Shown piece after piece: positions 35,046-48,001 of a DNA stretch of 64,000 nt (the first letter of the stretch is position 1; each line of letters starts with the position of its first letter). Below the pieces are notes generated by a model that searched no databases, was not told where the DNA came from, and was given only the letters and a program-made list of their open reading frames with translations. This DNA is from Marsupella aquatica (lineage: Eukaryota; Plantae; Marchantiophyta), in the NCBI GenBank assembly GCA_973895155.1, contig OZ316898.1, positions 19,789,292 through 19,853,291 of the forward strand. Direction: 5' to 3'. A program made the translations under genes and the position numbers.

Positions 35046-37554
35046 TGAAATGATGGTGGGCTTGCACTAGCTAGCTTGCCCTGGAAGTTATAAGTTAAGA
35101 CATTTTAGTGTACACATCTGCAGGGGTTGGTGTATTGTTTAAGTTGAACCAAGCAAAAATCAGGCTGAAGTCGAGAAGCAAACATGTAAACATTTGCGAC
35201 ATTTTTTTTAATAAATAACAGGGCAAGAAATGCAGGGATAACGATGGCAAAGAGTGATAGCTTTGCTGCAGCTCTGTGTGTAAACCCTAGGGGCGAAGGT
35301 AGCAAGCTCTGTGTGTAAACCCTAGGTTGCAGCTGCTCAAAGGTCGAGATCAAGCCAAGGTATCACACTGCCAAAAGTGGGGAGGCAAAGGTGTAAACAT
35401 TCGCGACATTTTTTCTTTTGTAAAAACAGGGCTGGCAAACCACAAAGTTGTTGCTGAGTTTTCCTGTGTACTTGGGCTGCCAAAAACGATCAGGGGTTTG
35501 TGGGGGCTTAGGGGGAGCACTTGGTGACCGTTTGGCCTCCTCCCGGGAATGTAGCAAAGCCCGGGTTGCAAAGGGGGGGGGGGAGGAAGCGGAAATTGGG
35601 TGGGTTCATCTGGGTCAATCACGTCTTGACCCATATACAGTATGGGGAGCAGGGGAAGCAGATAAATTTGTTTGGGAGACAGAAATTTTGGCAACTTAGG
35701 GGGACAGGTTGGTAAAAAGCTGTTAAGATGAGTGTCCAATAAACATGAATAAATGGGGGAATGAATTGACAATGTGAAATTTTCTCTGGATCTAGAAATT
35801 TGCAAGACTCTCTAAGTGGACCATTAAAGGGCTAAACAAGGCCTGGGATCAATCTAGTGATTCTTAGCATTTTTCTCTTTTCTTTATTCTTCTTCTTCTT
35901 CTTCTTCTTCTTTTCCGGGTTACATTTGCCTCCTTATTTTTTGTATCTGGCCTTTGCCCTCTTAGAGCCTCTTTTGCTTTTGCTTCATTGTACTTTGTTT
36001 GTTCCTTTTATGACTTAATATGGCCTTTTCTTTCTGTATAACCAACCCAAAAAAAAAACCAAAAAAAAATGTAAAAACAACCAAAACATGAACCATTTTT
36101 TCCTGCCTGTAAAGCTACAACATTTGCGTAGCTTGCTCAGGCACGTTCTCTAAAAGAGAAAATCATAATGGCAAGAGGTACCTTCACCAGTGCAGGTCCT
36201 TTCCTTTTTTTTAATTTCCCTTTCATTTTATTTTCCTGTCTCCTGGTTTGGCACTTTGATATATATTACATTATTTTTTGTTTATCTTCTTTTTCTTATA
36301 CTTTGTTGGGCACAGCTGGTGGGTATACCCGGAAAGAAAGAAATCCACCGGTGCAATGCAGGCAAAAATGGTTGAACCTGGGCCACTGGGTTCAACCATT
36401 GATAAGCTTAAAATTTGCCATTCTTTCTACTCCCTCATGATATTTCCTTCTGATTGATTTTCTCTTTCCCTCTTGTCAATTGGAGCCATTTTGGGTCCCA
36501 TATCCATCCACACTATAAGTTTGAATAGGATACCGTCCACAATTTTTTTGTCAGAGTTTACAAAAATAGTTGTAACTTTGAAGTTGTTTTGTCCTAGTCA
36601 AAATTTGTGTTTCAAGGGGTCCCATGCTAACTTGGAAATCCTATATGAGAAAAAGAGTTGGATGCATCATCTGAGCTTAGACCTCTATTTTTCCCTTCAT
36701 CAAAAGAAAGTACTAAGAGCAGAACACTTACATGTTTCCAAGAGAAAAATTCCAACAATGCAAAATAATGGGAGTCATAAGCTCTTGGGGAATCAAGTCT
36801 GTTGGATTATTAGAACAGGGTACAAACAGACGAAAGTTTATTTTAATTTCCTCAGCCAGGCTACTACCAAGTAAGTGAGTCCTCTACCTGCCCTCCTAAT
36901 ATGCGCTTGCCTTGAATCCTAGCCTTACCAGGCTTCTAAGTTTGTTGCTAAGTAGGACTTCAGTTCTTCTGCCATTGTTAGAGATGCTCAGGGTTTTTGG
37001 CTCCTTGGTTTCTTGGATTCTTACTGTCTTAGGTTGTTTTCCCCCCTTTGTTGAGTTTCTTGCCTTTGGGATCCTATGTCCAGATAGACGCTCATTGTTC
37101 TTTGGCAGTGTTATAATTATGGTATAATGGAAAGGAGACGGGTTTCAATTACTCTGCTCAAGCTAATCATGGGCTGATTAATACAAAAAGTTATATTTAT
37201 GCAGGGTACCAGTCACAGCACTAGTGTGTACACCTTTTGATGATTATGTTCCATCCAGTTATTCTAACTCTGCCCAAAACATTCCCAAGAAGACTGGCCA
37301 AGAATTCTTTTGAGTGGGTCAATAACCTATTCTGGCCCTGGACCTGCTTTTAGCAAGAAATTGTTAGCCCAATTTCCCCCCTCTTGCCCGTTATTTTGCC
37401 CTATGCACATACGGAGAGATGGACAAACAACAATTTTGGCTTTTACCCCCGAACACTGTTGGCTGTCTAGAACACTCAATTGGCTCAGGAACCTAGTAAT
37501 TCTTAGTTACTGCATATTTTTGAAGCATTGCTTTTGAAGATGTTCCTCTCAATA

Positions 37555-37592
37555 AAGAAGAAGAAGAAGAAGAAGAAGAAGAAGAAGAAGAA
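37555..37592. repeat. (AAG)n microsatellite, ~12 units
   Basis: Read directly. Confidence 0.9.
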
Positions 37593-40315
37593 AGTTGCTC
37601 TCCAATTGATGTCCCTCAAGCTGACTATGTTAATTACTTGCATTACTTGAGCTGGTTTGTGACAATTAGGAGGGCCAAAATGTATGTTGTTCCTCAATTT
37701 ACTACTTTGGATCAAACTGGAAAACTCTAGATTTTAATGAGTATTGTTGCTTATTGGAACACAATCTTACCAGCCCTTGTTTACTGTAGTAAAGAAATTG
37801 GGTTGTGAAGTTTCTTTGGTTTCCCATGTTTGACATTTCTACCCAAAATTAGTGAAGTGTTTAGATAATATGTTTCCAATGAATCACAACTGGACCTACA
37901 TACGACAGTTGTTGGATAATGTTCGATGCCATGTAGACTTCTTTTTCATGATAATTTGAGCGAGCTTGTTTTGTCTCAAAAGCAAACACATCTTTTCATG
38001 ATAGTTTCATTGAGCGTGCTCTCAAGTAGTGTTTGACACTTTTCTCTTTTTATTTGTTCTTTTTTGTTAGGTTTACACTTGCTTTTCTTTTTTCTGGTTC
38101 GGTGCTTGTTCACGCTGGCACTCTTTCTCTTTCCTTTCATTGTACTTTGTTTTTCCCTGATTTATGAACTCTGGTAGTCCTTTCTCTTCAGAGACCTTTG
38201 TTTTTTTTGTTTTTTTGTCTCAAAGCAAATTTGTTTTTAAATGGAAGACCGCAGTAGTTTGCTCCACATTTACTCCACATTTGCAAAGGTGACATTAATG
38301 TGCAATGCCTCAAAGATCGTTTCTAAACCAGTCCAATGTGCTCTACACGTCCACGTGTTTGAAGGGCAATAAAAATAGTTTTCAGCCATTGGTTGTGATT
38401 ATGATATGGGTTTGTTTGTGGAGTGCTGTCTATTCTACAGCAAGATTTGTGGCGTGAGTAAAATATCTGTCAAAAAACAAGTGTCTCTGATCACTTCAAA
38501 GTCCTGATCGATTGGAGAACTGGTTTTTTAAGGGATGCTGGATCCATTATTTTGGAGCTTGCTTTTGCATCCTATTTCAGTAGTTACTGATGAGAAGGAA
38601 AAAAAAGGGGGAAATCAGGGTAGTGCTTTTTGTCTCAACCAAATAGAAACAATATATTTTTCAATCTCAATCATGGTAGTAGCCTGGTCTATGCTTGTGT
38701 AATTGTTTGAGTTCTTGGCCCAACTGTTGTGCTACAATACTAACAATTGAAAATTTGTGCAACATCAACCAATTTTGTAAACCAACTGTAAGGTGTGAGG
38801 GTTGTGATATGCGTTGATTGAACTCAAGTACCCGGTTCAAATGCTGGCAAACACATTCCCAAGTAGGCATGCCAAACTTAGGAGTGGGTCAATGACCTAT
38901 TGTGGCCCTGGATGCCAACAAACAACTGCTCATTTAGAGCACTCTTTCCAGGCCCACAGCCCATTTTTTCTCGGAAAGTTTCTTGGCCCCTTGCATCAGG
39001 GGCGGTGTCAAGGCTAGTAATACTTGCTTTGCACCTTTTCATGCATTTGTGTAGACTCATACTTGAGTGTTACTTTGTGCACACTGTCAAGTGTAGGGCG
39101 GGGCAAATATTTATATCTTTCAGATGCAAACATCAGGCTTGCCATCTGTTATAGATCAAGTTTAGCAGGGCAGAGGAACTAGATTTGGCAAAACTGGTGG
39201 TCAAGATAATCTCGCGGCGGGAAGGGGGGGGGGGGGGCACCAAATGTAGAGGTCATGACCCTGATGGAGAGCACCCGTGTGGATGCTCTTAGGCATAGTC
39301 ACACACACTGGGCAGACTAAACAAAATAATCTGTAAAAGTAACTTTACCCTTTCCAACCACTCCCCCCTCCTCCGTCTTCCTTTCTCTTCCCAAAAATGA
39401 AAGTTAAAAGTTGAAAATGAATACATAAAAATAAGAAATAATTGTGTCTTTTCCAGAAATGAAATCTCAGTCCTTGAGGGTACTCATGCACCTATTGAGG
39501 GTGCTGAACTGCAAGCTTTCCTTTCCTAACTTGTTGCCGTGAGTGGAGCGTGTCTTCTACAACAAGAAGATGAGGCCATCCATTTTTATATTTTAGAAGT
39601 TTTTTGTGTTCATCCAGGGGCCCAAAATAAAGTTAAAAAACCTTCTTGGAAAGGCTCCTTTCCATTGTAGTGGAGCTGGAAGATGAGGTATGCTCTGCTC
39701 ATTTGACAAAAAGAGGGGTCACGTTTGCTAGGTAAAGTGTTTCCTTTCCTGCCATGATTCTGAGGCACATAATATCTTGCCAATTAATGCCAATCATTGG
39801 ATTGACCTCGGACTTCATTATTTGGCTCTCTGGTCTACAGTAGCTTAGTGGGTTTGTCTCATGTTTCTGTGTAGCTTTGTGTTTTTTCCCATGTTTTCTC
39901 CTCTTTATTGGGTCTCTTGTCTTTGATATTTTGTCTCCAAGTTTGACACTTTTTGTTCTTTGACACTATGATATATGATTGACTGATTGATGAGATGATG
40001 CCTCCCATTCGATCACAGGTTGTCAATCATCGGATGCTTTAATCATAAATTACTCTGCTGGGCCCATTTGGGCTGTGGACTACTGTAGGTTTCCCCCCCT
40101 TGGATATTTTGGGTTTGGAAAAATCCTGCATTGGCATTGCTATGAAATGCCCGTGGATTCCTATAGATCATAAGGTATATGACAAGATACCCAGATTCTG
40201 GGTGGCATTCAGGGTGGTCATTGTATTAGCGCACTTAAACTAAATAAATTAGGACACAAAGTTTTGATGACCCTACCTCTAGTGAGATTATTATATTTAG
40301 CTCCAAGTGCTTGAT

Positions 40316-40386
40316 CTAAAGTTCATTTAATTCAAGCAAAATTGTGCTTACCTAAAGTTCATTTAATTCAAGCCAAATTGTGCTTA
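40316..40386. repeat. 36-bp tandem duplication
   Basis: ctaaagttcatttaattcaagc(a/c)aaattgtgctta x2. Confidence 0.88.
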
Positions 40387-40652
40387 TCACTAATTCTCCA
40401 GCAAGCAAGCTCATGACTCCATCAATGGGAAAGCGTTTTATGGGCTGTGCATGCAACTACAGACATTTGATTCCTGCACACTTCACTCAAGGGCTCGAAA
40501 CAAGTTGAAACGGCAAACTGAAAAATAGTTGGCTCTACTTCAAATGATCGATCGGCAGTACACCTGGCAGTTGGTCAAAACCAAACCACTGCCAGGATCT
40601 CAGGAAACAATTAAAGGCCCCTGGAAATTGTCCAATTGCTCTGGGCTGTCCC

Positions 40653-40860
40653 ATGGGTGAATTATGGCATCCCGGTAATTACACATTAAAATGTGACAAT
40701 GGGTGAATTATGGCATCCCGGTAATTGCACATCAAAATGTGACAATATACCGGTACTATGTCACTCTATACCATGATAAAAAATTTGGTGTGAATCAGTG
40801 AACCCTCATTATAAATATGGATGTACCAAGTTATTGCTTTTTGATGTCCAATTACGGGGA
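40653..40860. mobile_element. Second fold-back/MITE-like copy, with a 46-bp tandem duplication over its left arm
   Basis: cccggtaattgcacatcaaaatg pairs with ctttttgatgtccaattacggg; gtaattgcacatcaaaatgtg is the exact reverse complement of 34968-34988; atgggtgaattatggcatcccggtaatt...gtgaca at 40653 and 40699. Confidence 0.55.
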
Positions 40861-41455
40861 CGTTGAACTTTGGTTTACTCCGGCTAGCATACTCAACCCC
40901 TTTGTGTCTGCAATGATCACTAAAGTAGAGCCCATGGGTTAGACAAAATTCACGTAAATGGCCACGGGCAACGGACGATTCCCACGGTCAAATGTTAACG
41001 AGCACGTTTTGTGCATACCATTTGAGTTATGGGATAGTCGTTACCCGCGGGGTTAACAACTACCCTTAACTCACATGTTCATAGGTCTGAGACGCCCTAA
41101 TGCCCCTAAACCCTGACAGAACTGTAACACCACAGCTGTCCGATCATCAGCCGATCCACGGCAAGAGTCAGTTCCCAACCAGGAAGTGGAAAGCCTAACC
41201 CAATTACATACGGATGACGTGGTGCATGTTTTCTTTCTCTCTTACGTTGGTCCCATTTGTTGAGGGCCTCTGTTCTGACATTTTCACCTCAATTTTCAGA
41301 TGCATTTGATGTGGTGCAATTCTCTTTCTTTTTTTTTAACTTGGTCCTATTATTTTAATGCCTCTTGTTTCGACAATTACACGGCAATCACAGATTCATG
41401 TGATTCGATACAATTCTCTGGTTTTTTCCCTGACTTTGGTACCATTCTTTAGGGG

Positions 41456-41600
41456 CCTCTGTCTGTTGCTTTTGGTTTCTATTCCACCCTCTGTCTGTTG
41501 CTTTTGGTTTCTATTCCACGATAGACACCTCTGTCTGTTGCTTTTGGTTTCTAGTCCCTGAATAGACACCTCTGTCTGTTGCTTTTGGTTTCTATTCCAT
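41456..41600. repeat. Minisatellite, 4 copies of cctctgtctgttgcttttggtttcta (32-40-bp period)
   Basis: Copies at ~41456, 41488, 41528 and 41568. Confidence 0.85.
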
Positions 41601-43867
41601 GATCGAGGAGTGAAGAATTGTGTCTCTAAGTAATGGTTTCTGGGCCGTCCGATCAAAGATGATTAACCCAGGTTAGCCGACTCGACCCCTTCGTGTCACT
41701 AAAGCAAAGCCGTTGGGTCATTAGACGCAATTCAGTGAATTAACGAGGAAGAAGAAGAAGAAGTAGAGCTGCTTTCAATCGATCGACATGGGCGGAGCCG
41801 AGGTCCTTCCAATGATGATTGTTGGCTTCATTGATCAGATTTCGTGATGGGCAATGTGATCGATCAGACTACCAGGACTCTTCCGTTGATTCCTTTTATA
41901 GTTCAGCGCTCAACACCCAAATTAAGCAAAGAGTACAGAAAAAACCTCGGTTTTGGACGCTTTATGAATTCTCCGTAACGGCCAGAAAATCGTGGAAATC
42001 GGAGAGGAAAGTGAGGGAGATCTAGAATTTGTTAAAGACATTGTGGCACCGCACTGAGTGGACACCATGGAGATTGTCCGATTGTCCGCAGAGCATTTGC
42101 AGGGACTGATGCCTTGAATGTACGAACCCCACTCCCCAGAAAAAGAAACGGGGAGTTGATGAGAGATACTATAGGAAGAAAATAGATTGAGAGCACGACG
42201 TGATGGGCATTGCCTTTCCTGCGTGCAGCATGGGTCGGTTGTCCTATTGTATAGACTCCAGCCGCGCGCTGCCGGGAATTGTGGCAACTTGTGAATGAAT
42301 GAAATCTGATCTGAGAGGGAGTTCGGCTGGAAACCGAAGCGAAATCTACGCGTGGGTAGGTATGGAAGACAGTGAGCTAGGTACCGGTAGGCAGCTATGG
42401 TTTGAGAGAGAGAGAAACTTGTCGGCAGCAACTCGGCGTTAATCATTAGTTGATACTACTAGTTGTTAGTGCGGCAGTCCTGTCTGATTGTGGAGTTTAG
42501 GCGAGCAGCACCTTTGGTGGTGGTGAGAGTTGGACCAAGACGCTTTGGACCTGCGGCTGCAGGCCTCGAGAGTTACCTGCGGTTCTGAAGAGAATGTCTA
42601 GACACGACTTCGGTTTCCACAATCTGGGGCGGTGAACTTTGTGGTTCAGTGAGGGAAAAGGAGCTCGGCGAACATTGCTGACCGATGATCTATCACTCCT
42701 AAAGCAGTCAATTGCGCGTAAGACTGGCTATTGACTCTTCCTAGACTTGTATATTCATATTAATATCAAAGAGACATGTCGACAGCAATTGGGTCCAACC
42801 TACCGGTACCTAGCTAGTGGCATTGTCTGTACGTCAATTTTCAGTCTAGCAACAGCGTGATTGAGAGAAACTGTGAGTCCCTCGTCTGAGTCTCGATCAA
42901 TCGAGTCTCTCAGTTGAGGGTGCGAGAAAATTGAATGCCAGCGAGGAAAATTCGACAAATTGGTTTAATATCGAGTTCAGTTAACATGATTCACGCGGTG
43001 GGAGCACTTTAAGTTGGCTACCTCTAGTACGCGGGTGAGGTCCAAATCAGTCGCTCCATATCACGGATCATTGTCGTGTGAGGAGCCCTCCCAGTGACGA
43101 CCTTGGAGTTGGGCTGGGTGTTCACAACTTGTTTATTGACAGTGCAGTTCATGCTCTCCCGTTTCAAGTCGGATAACTGGGAAGGTGGACGATGCATATT
43201 TTCCTGCCATTTAATTCCTCGTTCCTATTGATCATCTGTCTTTGTGGACGAGCCAGACTTGCAAGCAACCGTGGATGCCGGTGGAATCTGTGCATTTCAC
43301 CCTCATCGTGTAGTTGTCGGAGTACGACGTCATTCAGTTGGAGATTTCATGCCGGCCAGTAAGTTATTGCTGAGACCAAGGGTCTGCAGATCGATCCATG
43401 ACCTTGCGGACGTTCAGAACCCTCATCATGATCTTTGACCTTAAGAGGACACCAATTGATACGACATAGAGTCCAGAATAGAGTAGGTGAAGTCTGGTAA
43501 GTAGTAAGTACCGTGGTCGACAATTTCTCCTGAATTGAAGGCTCAGCTCGTCAGGAGCGCGTCAACTAGCTTGTATGGTGAACAATTCAGTGAGTGCGGG
43601 AGTATCCCAAATCCAGCTTTCATCTGCGAGGAAGACTGGCCCCCCGGCCGGCCATCTTTAGTGAAATCTCAACATTGAACAGTTAGCCATTTGACGTACG
43701 CTAGGTGTTGAGCAACGAGGTGTTGAATGGTGTCAGGGTCACTATTTTCCCGTGGAAAGAACCTGGTCATGGGAGTGGAATTGAGCGGTCAGATTCGGAG
43801 AATTTAATTGAGTTGCTGTTGCGGTCTATCACGTATTTTGAGCTGCAGAAATTCATTTCTTAGGGAG

Positions 43868-46800
43868 ATGACAGTCCAGACGGATTTAACGAAAGGCCCA
43901 CAGAAGGGGCACATTAGCACTGGTGGTGGTGGCTACAGAAAACGCCTGGAGGCATGGAAGAAGAAGAGCCACGCACTTCTGGGGACCTTCTCGTTGATGA
44001 TTTTGGGCCTCATTCTAGTGCTGGCTTGGGAGAGTACAGGATCCGGAGCTTTTACCTTGGCCTTTTACAATCAGGACCCACCAAAACTCGTCGATCTCCG
44101 CTTGGGTGAGTCCATTAATTACCCTGCCAGATACCTTACTAGTTCCTTTGCGATGTAAGGAGGGATCCGCTCCTGCTTTGTGATTTGTTCTATTTCGCTG
44201 AGCCCGAACTGATGTCCAACTCCAGATCATCATGACAGTCCTGCTCTGAAGGCACCAATAAAATCTGGAGTGATGGAATTGTAGACTGTTGAAAGAACCT
44301 GATGCTGAACTCGATATTCAGGGAATGAGTACATCGTGGCTATCTGCAGAGTTCGGTCCAATCAGAATTATGAAAATCCTGGTTTTTTAACGTTTAATTT
44401 GGGTCAACCGAGTCAAATTAGTGTCCCGGGTTCCTTATCGTACATCCCGAAATTGTCAATTGCTACCAAAGCTCGATGAGGAAACTTAGATTGGTGGCTT
44501 ACTAAATCGTGACTTACGTGTACATGGGTTGGGAAATGTTGCTGACAGGTGATGCAGTTAAGACGAAAGCCCTACTGGCGTCATCGGAGGACCTAGATGA
44601 ATCTGGTACGTCCTGCCTCCTAATCACCAGCCAGGCCGTTCAATGTTACTGCCCCCGCGGTACTTTGAAGTCTTCTCGTAACGGTCATCTGCAGGATCTA
44701 TAACTAAAAATGAAGCTATTACAGCGACGAGAATCTAAAGTAACTAACTTGGAATATCATTATGTACCCGTCAGTTCATGTCCGACGCTACCAGACAGTG
44801 AGATTGTGTATGCTGAGTTGACTACTAGCTTCAGACTGAGAAACGACGAGCTCTCTGCCAGTCTCGGCAACAATTTCATGAAACGTGCCCTTGCAAGTTA
44901 TTTGAGTTACGCTCTAGTGATGCTTTAACCACAGCTTCAGGACTTAGTAACATTTTCTTTCATAAACCGTTTCACAATTACAAAGTCATGACCTTTGTTG
45001 CCGTTTTCTGTGTTGGTTAGCTAGCTAGCCGATCCCCAGGAATTCACAATTCCCTTGAGTGCCTTCATACTTGAACCACATATCGTGTCTCTTCGTTGAT
45101 GCCTCCTATAGATAGCAGTGGTCGGGATTGACCGGGTCTACCGAAGCATGGAAAGTTCATTGCCATCATGCGGAAGGCATTTCTTCGCACGTTGTTTAAT
45201 CAATGTGAAGTCGGAGAAAACGGGGGATATTGACAGACTTGATACTAATTGAATGTAGATTCATGACCATGCATCGAGTCAATTGGGCGGTGGGCTGGGC
45301 GTTGCCTAGAGGATGAGCTACTCCCTGCTGTATAGCCTGACATTGTCCGTTGAATTATCGCTGTGACAGGGAGGAAGCTGGGAATTGACGACTCAGTCAG
45401 ATGGAAGGTGACTGACGACGCAAAGACCGACTTAAAGTCTTCGCTTGATGGGGTCCAAGTTCTCAAAACATCGACTGTCGGAGATGCGGAGCCGAATGAA
45501 GAGGGCTCCGCTCTACCAACGTCGGATTCAATTACGGATGAGAAAACATCCGAGATGAAGGCGGACCCGGCTCCTATGTCCAAACGATCAAAGAAGTCGA
45601 CAAGGAGTAGAAATGCTTTGATTGCAGAGGATGGACCGTCCGAGACCATTGAGTCGGACTTAGGTAAGCGCTTTAGTGGTCTTATCGCCGAGGATTTTCT
45701 GTCGATTGTATGCAGATGATTCGTGTTCTTTACATTCATTTGTAGTGTCCTGCAGTAAAACAGGACTTCAGGTGATGACTTCTTACAAGCTGCTCACCAA
45801 TGTTGGCCAAACAAAATACGAGTACAAATTGTAGCAGAATGGACTGATTGATTGTGTCGGTGGCATGTTGGGTTGGTGGGTTGTGGTTGGTACACACAGG
45901 CTCCAGGTCCCAAAGCGAGGTGTGTGATCTCGCGAAAGGAAAGTGGGTGAAAGACGAGAAGCGGCACTTCTACTCTGGCAAAGAATGCAAAAACTATCTC
46001 TCGCCTGGATTTGCCTGCCGCCTGATGAACCGTCCGGATTTCGAGTTCGAGAAACTTCGTTGGCAGCCTGAGGGATGCGATCTCCCCTCTTTCACTGGCA
46101 ACGGCTTCCTTCAGAGGTGCCCTGTCTCCCTCGCTTGACGTTTTACATATGCCATGTTTGGATCCGCTAGTATTGAATTGCATAAGGGAGCTCAATTGTA
46201 ATTTCTCCACCCTCATTTCGATCATGTATATATCTATGAGTTTCAAGGTCTGTCTTTCCACCTGAGGGCTAAATTAGCCCATGGCCCAGATCTTTTCTTC
46301 CAACCTGACTTGTCTGTCTTGGACCGTGTCAGTTAAAGTAGGAGTGTCACTTAAATGCCGTAATTATTCTGAGTTGAAGTTGGTTTAGATGTACATCAGA
46401 GAAATCTGTGGACTCCTAAATGGAATATATTCATGATGAATCTGCGGCCATGCTGAACGATCATCAAAGGGTCTGGCACAACAGTGCCTTGATTGGAAGC
46501 ATCCTCCCAGCTTGAGTAGAGTGTTCTCTCTGTAGCCGATTACGACTTTAAACGACAATCTATCTGAATTTCAAGGGGCAACCTTTATAGTTAATCGCCA
46601 TGCACCTTTCCTCTGCCACATATCCGAAGTTTGACCGTCAGTCTTCCGAAATGGACAAGTTCGACATTCATCAATTTCTTATCATTGCATTTCAAACAAT
46701 CATTCCGGATAAAATTCTCATACAATAGCTGCAAATCTTTCATGAATTCAATCTGGGGCCTGACAGACGAACTGACCATGACTGGGATGCTAAACAGGTT

Positions 46801-47689
46801 GCGGAATAAAGTAGTAGCCTTTGTGGGAGACTCCGTGGGTCGACAGCAATTTCAATCGCTCATGTGCATGATCACGGAGGGAAAGGACGACAACAGCGTG
46901 GAGGATGTGACGCAGAAGTGGAAAGGGGAAACCAAGTGGGCGTATCGGTTCCCGGAAACAAACACGACCATACTATTTCACTGGTCGGTCTCTCTTTGTG
47001 AGATTGAGGGAGGACACCCTCAAGAGGAGCCCGGCTATTCTGCGATGCACCTCGACAGGCCGGCCAAGTTCTTGCAGAAATCCTTCGACAAGATAGATGT
47101 GCTGATACTCAACACAGGACACCATTGGAACCGAGGCAAACTCCAGACCAACAAGTGGACCCGATATGTGAATGGCAAGCCGCTTGTGGATAAAAAATTG
47201 GCTGGAATTGGGCACTCTCTCAACTTCACCGTGCACAGCGTTGTCAAATGGCTCGATGAAAAACTGGCTGTTGGTAAGCGGAAGCCGGCGGTGTTCTTCA
47301 GGTCTATATCCCCAAGACATTTCAAGAACGGGGATTGGGATTCTGGAGGCAAATGTGACAACACTCGTCCTCAATATGGTCCGCCCAGTGTGACGGAGTC
47401 CGACAAGGCGGTCAAGCCAAAAACTCCTCCAGTCTACCATGGACCGATAACTGAGATGATTGCCGAGATTGCTGTGAGGGGAACCAGAGTGAACCTCTTG
47501 AACGTAACTCATCTCTCGGAATTCAGAGAAGAGGGCCACATTTCCAAGTACGGGGTAGGGAAAGACTCTAAGCACCAGGATTGCTTGCACTGGTGCCTTC
47601 CTGGTGTGCCAGACGTTTGGAACGAGCTCTTGTATGCAACCCTCCTGAATGAACCCAGCCTTAGCCCTGTATCTATGAATCAGCGGTAA
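43868..47689 (+). CDS. TBL: TRICHOME BIREFRINGENCE-LIKE (PMR5N + PC-esterase) polysaccharide O-acetyltransferase, TBL14/15/16-like, ~565 aa
   Basis: Exons 43868-44105, 44549-44605, 45370-45663, 45900-46116, 46798-47689 (GT-AG, 1698 nt). N-terminal TM anchor; CDLAKGKWV..C..C..RWQPEGCDLP; VAFVGDS; DCLHWCLPGVPDVWN. The small exon 2 is least certain. Confidence 0.92.
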
Positions 47690-47797
47690 TCATAGAATCG
47701 AGGCCAACAATCGCTGAGGACGGGAAGTTGTAAAATTTCAAAATGCCATCAATGGACGAACGGACAAGACTTGAATTGCCGTCCATTGTCATTCGGC

Positions 47798-48001
47798 CTT
47801 GGATGCTCGATCAGTAGCTCATAATCTCGTGGGAGGTGGTGGGGAGATCTTCAGCGCTTTACTTCAATGCCATGTGAGGATGAATTTCTGAACCCGAGTA
47901 CATTTGGACTTGGATGCTCGATCAGTAGCTCATAATCTCATGGGAGGTGGTGGGAAGACCTTCAGAGCTTACTTCAATGCCATGGGAGGATGAATTTCTG
48001 A
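47798..48001. repeat. ~111-bp tandem duplication in the TBL 3' region
   Basis: cttggatgctcgatcagtagctcataatctc...gaggatgaatttctga at 47798 and 47909. Confidence 0.88.

Noticed and set aside
36367-36400. 12-bp stem hairpin as a Helitron 3' end
   Set aside because: No CTRR terminus at the expected distance and no other Helitron evidence
46973-47590. 205-aa antisense ORF
   Set aside because: Shadow of the TBL last exon
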